A stretch of DNA of 64,000 bases. Origin: Anthoceros angustus. Lineage: Eukaryota; Plantae; Anthocerotophyta. Below are positions 58,420 through 64,000 of the stretch, in pieces. The DNA is taken from assembly GCA_010909165.1 (NCBI GenBank), contig VJWM01000219.1, positions 124,001-188,000 of the forward strand, in the 5' to 3' direction. Under the pieces are notes generated by a model. That model saw nothing but the letters and a program-made list of their open reading frames with translations, was not told the DNA's origin and made no database searches. Both the position numbers and the translations under genes were made by a program. Each line of letters starts with the position of its first letter. Position 1 is the first letter of the stretch.

Positions 58420-58905
58420 AACTTCATCCGAAGCACACGTCAAATTCGAGAAGAAGAAGGAGATGATGCGAGGCGTTTGTAAGAACTTTCGAGCACGTCC
58501 CACGCGAATTTGGAGGATGGAGTCATTGCGCATCTTTCCGGGCTGCTGAGAGGCATGCCCATGATGGTATGGTCGCACATATAATTCGGTGGCGCCAACG
58601 GATTGGGAAGCTCTTAAGGCAGCCTTCTTGAATCGGTTCCGAGGGCTCAGCTACGCACACCACACTTTGGCGAAGCTGAGGACCCTTCGTAGGAAGAAGC
58701 GAGAGTCTTTGTTCGATTATGTGGAGAGGTTTTACGGATATCTGGATCGAGTTCCGAAATGTGCACCCGAGAGGCCGGGAGATCCGCCCACCTCTGGGTA
58801 CTCACAAGAGCAAGCGTTGGATTGGTTTGTGAGTGGCTTGTCGCGAAAGATGGAGGTACACTGCAGGCGCGGAACGAAGACGTTAGCAGGAGCCCTCCGC
58901 TTAGC
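58420..58905 (+). mobile_element. Second partial copy of the gypsy gag
   Basis: APTDWEALKAAFLNRFRGLSYAHHTLAKLRTLRRKKRESLFDYVERF...GTKTLAGALRLA. Confidence 0.8.
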
Positions 58906-59480
58906 ATTTTGTGGTTTCCATCGCTAGGCTGCAGAGTGTTTTTCAAAGGAACCGAGGGTCGACCATAGGTTGGGCCTCCCTTCCCACACAATTTCCGCAT
59001 AGACTCCCTGACTGTGTGGGCTTCTTCAACTCCATGCAAGACGATAAGCCTGAACTCCTTGCTGGTGGTCTTCTCTTCAAAACTCTGAAAAACTGTTCCC
59101 AACATGGCCAAATCCATGCGCTTGTCCATAAGACCGATGTCAAAGCCAAGGGGGACGTCCATGACAAGCAAAGTGTATCTCCTTCCCCGCAGATAACCAC
59201 GCATGTCAAGAACATTACGTCCTTCGATCTGGTACTAGACCTGCTTTTCAGTCGATGGAACGTTGAAAACGTGGAGTCCCTCTTGCAAGTCCTTATCTGC
59301 TAAAGCCCGCTGCTCATTCTCCAAGCCCTTCCAATTATTGATCTCAAATATGAAATGGCGAAACTCCTCGGGAAGTTTCGATAAGACCTCCACATCCTTC
59401 AATTGTCGCATGCAACCAATAGTCGTGAAGAATATCCTATACTTTTCCACGAAAGGAACAGCTATTGCAACAACGCTCAT
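58906..59480 (-). pseudogene. N-terminal half of the amino-MTase-like protein, copy B
   Basis: DMRGYLRGRRYTLLVMDVPLG resembles the motif III-IV block (D.r..l....ydlii.DPPYg). The motif IV equivalent DVPL lies at 59159-59148. Confidence 0.6.
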
Positions 59481-59559
59481 CCTCGCACCATTCTCGGCGC
59501 CCACAAGCGGGTGGCCAGAAGAAGGAGGCCCGGCCAGGCTCTCTGCGTGCCACCCGTTT

Positions 59560-60225
59560 GCTGACAATGGTATGCGTGGGCGGCGGCGGCGGCGGCGCCG
59601 CCCGACATGTGGCCGTGGTGGTGCCGTGGAGGAGGGCGGCGGCGGCCGGCCCTCACGCACCACCCGTCGGGCCCCACGGGTGGCCGAGGCGGGCGCCGGC
59701 GCCTCCCTCGGCGCGCCACCCGTGCGCCACCGTCGGGCCCCACGGGTGGCGCGCTGGAGAAAGGCGGCGGCGCCCGCCCACGCACCACCGTCGGTGGCAC
59801 GGGTGGTGCCTGCGAGAACACGGCCAGCCGGCGCCACCCCAGGGGTGCGTGGAGGGCGCCCGGTGACATCCCTCCCAACGGCTTACCCGTCGGTATCTGA
59901 CGGGTGGTCGAGCATGCCGGCCAGCCAGCGCCCACCTAGGGGTGGCGCGTGGAGGGCGCCCGGCGGCGGCGCCTCCCTCACGCACCACCGTCGGTATCTT
60001 GACGGGTGGCGCTTGAGGACGGGCGCCGGCCGCCCGACATGTGGCCGAGGCGGGCGCGGCGGCCGGCGCCCGCCCTCACGCACCACCCGTCGGTGGCGCC
60101 CGCCCTCACGCACACCACCCGTCGGGCCGGCGCCCGCCTTCGCACAACACCCATTCGGTGGGCCGGGTGGCGCTTGGAGGGCGCCGGCGCCACCCGTTGG
60201 CCCCCGGTAGCGTGGTCCATTACAC
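59560..60225. repeat. GC-rich imperfect tandem repeats (CCCTCACGCACCACCCGTCGG core)
   Basis: Direct reading; source of many spurious ORFs. Confidence 0.85.
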
Positions 60226-60349
60226 GAAAACATCTGAGGTATTTGTGAATGAAACGGTCATCTATGGGTTTGTGTTGAACGCACGGAAACATCTATATGC
60301 GGTGGACAAAAAAGCGATAAGGGATAAGCTCTGCGAGTTGCGTGGCTTC

Positions 60350-60690
60350 ATACAACCTGCGAGTCAAAGTGATGACAATGCAGGAGAAGCTGGACCCAGT
60401 GATGACGAAGGATTGAACTCTGGGGATGAGTGAAAATGAAATCTCATTTTTTACCGGGGTCCCAAAGTTAATTTTGTAAGTCTGGTTGCTGATGTTAATG
60501 TGTTAGGAAATACGTCCGTGGCTTCACAACTCTGAGTCAAAGTGATGACAATGCAGAGAAGCCGGACCCGATTTTAAGGATTGAACTCTGGGATGAGTGA
60601 AAATGAAATCTCATTTTTACCGGGGTCCCAAAGTTAATTTTGTAAGTCCGGCGTTAATGTGTTAGGAAATACGTCTGTGGCTTTTCGTTG
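60350..60690. repeat. ~175-bp noisy tandem duplication
   Basis: GAGTCAAAGTGATGACAATGCAG...GGGGTCCCAAAGTTAATTTTGTAAGTC occurs twice. Confidence 0.85.
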
Positions 60691-62474
60691 TGTCCTTCCT
60701 AAACCACATTTTTCTCCCAAAGAGTTCTGATCGTCCCTTCCCGGAGCAGTAGTCCTCACCGTTCCTGCATTATTCCCTAGGTTCGAGTTCGACCACCATT
60801 CCCCACAAACATTCTTTGGATGGAAAGTAGTAACTTTACTGCGTGACACCCTTTTTTTCGGAGCCGTTTTTTTCAATGCCTTCAAAACGCTGTTTTAGGG
60901 CCCATCAAAAACCCCCTTCAGAGATTATTTGCAGGAAACCCCCTTCGAGAGGCTGGGCATAATAAAACAGTCCTTTGTGTGTGCTCAACCTATGCCTATG
61001 TGTCCATACCTCTCCCATGGCCGTCACAATACTCAACAGATTATATGTCAATAGAGGGCCTTTATATAGGGATGTAGGACACCCAACTTAAACCATGAAC
61101 TTTGTAAGGATGTTTCTATGTTAAATTCATGTATAAAATGATAATAACATATTAATTTATAGTAGTCCTGAGCATGGATGGTTTGTTGATGCACTTATAG
61201 TGGTAATAGACGAAATGACACTATTTGTCATCTTTAGAAGAATTTAGTATATCTCACAAATGACAACTCTAATCGACTTGCGTTTTTTGTTTGCAAAGTT
61301 AGAGTTAAAGCCCTTAGTGCCAACCTAGGATCTCGTCCTAGACTTTCGTGACCACTCGCTTCAACCCAACCTATAACCGAAGGTGGCTTGCCCCAAGCTA
61401 AACATGAGCCCAGCCCATGTGCGAGCCTTTGAAAGGCTTCTAGAAGGGAAGCAAGATAAGTGAAGAAGGGCATGTATCTATGTATGTATGTATCCAAAAT
61501 GTGGTGAACTGGAAAATGCATGCCATGTTTTCAACAGCTTACCAAGAGGCGGCTGTTTTATGTGTACAAATGGAGGCAGAATGCCACATTCCAGCTAAAT
61601 ATTTGTCTTATGAGAGCTTGAATGGGCACGGGTGCCTTTTTAATTTGCGAGCAAAGATGGACTAATTCTGAAAGCACTTCTTCCATGTCAGGTACAAAGT
61701 CTACTGGTGGAGGAAGACCTTTCGCAATGTCGGACCATACCTTAAACCCTAATTCCTAAGGTAGAGAGAAAAGAAAAGAAAACTCTTAGTGAAAAGAGAA
61801 AGAAAAGGGGCAGAATGATACGAAAACGTAGTGCCCGATTCGGTGCTACTACCCAAATCTGTGCACTAGCAAGGCCGATTTTAAATAGTTTCTGGATCGG
61901 TTGAAAGTTTCCAGGCTAGGGCTGAGGTGGCAGGTAGAAAATTGACATTTCATACGCAATCTGTATTATTCTAAACTACAACGAAACAAAAAATAAAAGT
62001 GATGGATAGTGATATTGGTATTCCATACCAAGGTTCACGATGGACAGTTAGTTGAGGAAATATATGTTGAAGTTGTTGAAAGGCATAGCATTGGAAATAC
62101 TCTTCTTGGAAATGTTGAAGGTGTTGAAGGGCATGGCAACCAAAGCAGACATAATATAGCATGCAGGCAAACATGTGGTTTGGAGAAAAGTTTGGTGTGA
62201 AAAAATATGCGCCCCATCCCCTCTGTCCTCTTTGGTATGCCATACAACAGAGTCAAGCAGTACGGAGGTGAACTGAATATCATGTATGTCTGAGTGGAAG
62301 TTGTAGATGATTGTAGCCCAATGCTTTCCCCAAGCCTGATGCTTTCACACAGATTATCGGTGGGAGGTAGAGTAGAAGCACGAGAGCTCCATCCTTTATA
62401 GTAGTAGTAGTCTGCTGGACAGTGGACAGCAGGTGAAGGCACCAAAGCAAATACGCATGACAGTAAACAAGACC

Positions 62475-64000
62475 CACTACTAGGAAAAGTATACTTTTAC
62501 CACGAACATTACTACAGACTTTACAACGGACATTACTACTCCCGTAGTAAAACATCAGTAGTAAACATATAGCATACGTGGTAAAGTCCAGTATACCCTA
62601 TATTTTGTATTCTATACGAAGTATGTATGGAGTACTTTAATGAAGTCAACCGTATATTGGTTAATCTTTAAATTACCATACCTTTTATCACGGTATTTAC
62701 TACGTTGAACAACCACGGACTTTACTACTGGCCTGATCTGGTTAAAAATAATGATTAGTTGACCGAGATTAGTTAACTATAATATATGAACCACAGTTAA
62801 ATGAGTGGGTTTGGTTAATCATATGTTGACCATAATTAATTAATCACGGTTAAGTAATCCGACAATCCGTTGTAAATTCCTGGTGGGTACCGTTGTAAAT
62901 CTCTTATTGCAGAAAAAGACCCCATAGTAAAATTATATAGTAAATATTTGTAGTAAAATTTTATAGTAAAAAAATCGTAATAAAATACTTACTAAAATTC
63001 TACAGTAAAAATACGTAGTAAAATTTTATAAAACCAGGCATCCTACAAAAAACTTACACACCCAAAATATATATAAGGTCCTGGAACAAGAAAATTTAGA
63101 CAAATCATGGAACATCGAAATGATAAAAGCAACAACATCAACCTCTAACCTTAATCACGCTGAGGCTTCCTCAACATCCTTGGCCACTTTACGGGGAAGG
63201 TAGTGCCCTACCATCTACCCGTCGTCTAAGCCGTTTTTTTTCATGATGGCATCCATGACCTTGCCATCGCATTCATTGGTTGGATAACCTGCCTCAACCA
63301 ACAGGTTCCACGCGTTAATAGCAGTTGTCAATCCCCCCTATGAGTTAACATGTGGACCCAAAGCAGGACTTATGATTTTGGAATTCATCCAAAACGCTTG
63401 CAGCTTCACCAACCAATTTCCGTGAACGGTACCAACAGCTCTGATCTCATCCACGGTTGGCTCCCTCCCAAACATTCCTCTGAACCTATCCAGAAAACCC
63501 CATGGCCAAAGCATGCGTAGGTATTGCTATCCGTATCCTTCACCCTCTTCATGGCAGCTACTTTTTGCTAGCTAAGGGCTACAACACCATCCATCTTCTC
63601 CTTCTCCTCCCTCAAAAACACCTCCCAGTACTTCGGCTTTGCACTCTTCGGAACATAGCCAGGGTTTCTCTTCTTGCCCTCCAAAAACTTTTGGGCCTCC
63701 TTCCTCACATTGTTCCGCCAATGCTTGAGATTAGTGCCAAAAAATTGCAACACAATGGCGCCAAATGACCAAGGACCTGAAATAGTTTGCCTGATGCATT
63801 GTTCAACATGAACCACAGTGGCTTCAGTTTGATTCCAAAAAACACTAACGAAAGGATTGCAGAGCCACCGGATGGTGAAATGCACCCTATCCTTCATTCG
63901 CAAAAAGCTGGGGGAGTCCTGGTAGATGAATCCTGCACATCAGCACCGGCATAGTGAAAGGAATGATGAGTCCTGAATTGCCTAAAACCCAAACATGAAC
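62475..64000 (-). mobile_element. End of a second, different CACTA element (runs off the window)
   Basis: CACTACTAGGAAAAG at 62475, dense (G)TAGTAAA/TTACTAC subterminal repeats to ~63030, TnpA-like ORF fragments at 63200-63990 on the minus strand. Confidence 0.7.

Noticed and set aside
59235-60433. Many long overlapping ORFs in the GC-rich repeats (also 38881-39453, 40162-40774)
   Set aside because: Stop-poor GC repeats give open frames on all strands, with low-complexity translations and no domain motifs.
61970-62445. Short ORFs next to the second CACTA
   Set aside because: No recognisable motifs; multiple stops.

Overview
Eukaryotic, gene-dense land-plant nuclear DNA: short 60-130 nt GT-AG introns, GC-rich exons, plant-specific genes (STAR2/ALS3-like, RABA4, pectate lyase, BPS1-like, LIR1) and DYW-PPR relics. 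A hornwort- or Selaginella-like genome is my inference, not shown. There are three host-gene islands: 1-1.8 kb (PH-domain gene, STAR2-like), 9.5-21.9 kb (PIMT, SMC5, RABA4, PITH, pectate lyase, coiled-coil protein) and 46.7-53.6 kb (BPS1-like, PYM, HINT, HIP, LIR1). Accessory blocks separate them. (i) 2-9 kb: pogo-like relic, DYW-PPR relics and an intronless divergent papain-like protease. (ii) 23-41.4 kb: a complete Ty1/copia element (LTRs, PBS, PPT, TCTTC TSD) with an internal inversion and a ~9.9 kb CACTA transposon (CTA TSD) nested in its 3' UTR. (iii) 41.5-46 kb: lectin and gypsy relics. (iv) 54-64 kb: chromovirus relic, a prokaryote-type beta-class amino (N4C/N6A) DNA-methyltransferase-like gene split by an antisense Ty3/gypsy gag, and the end of a second CACTA. 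The methyltransferase is the most notable finding. Several TE segments occur as indel-rich tandem copies, so some duplications and frameshifts may be long-read assembly noise. All calls come from manual translation and motif recognition; no searches were run.
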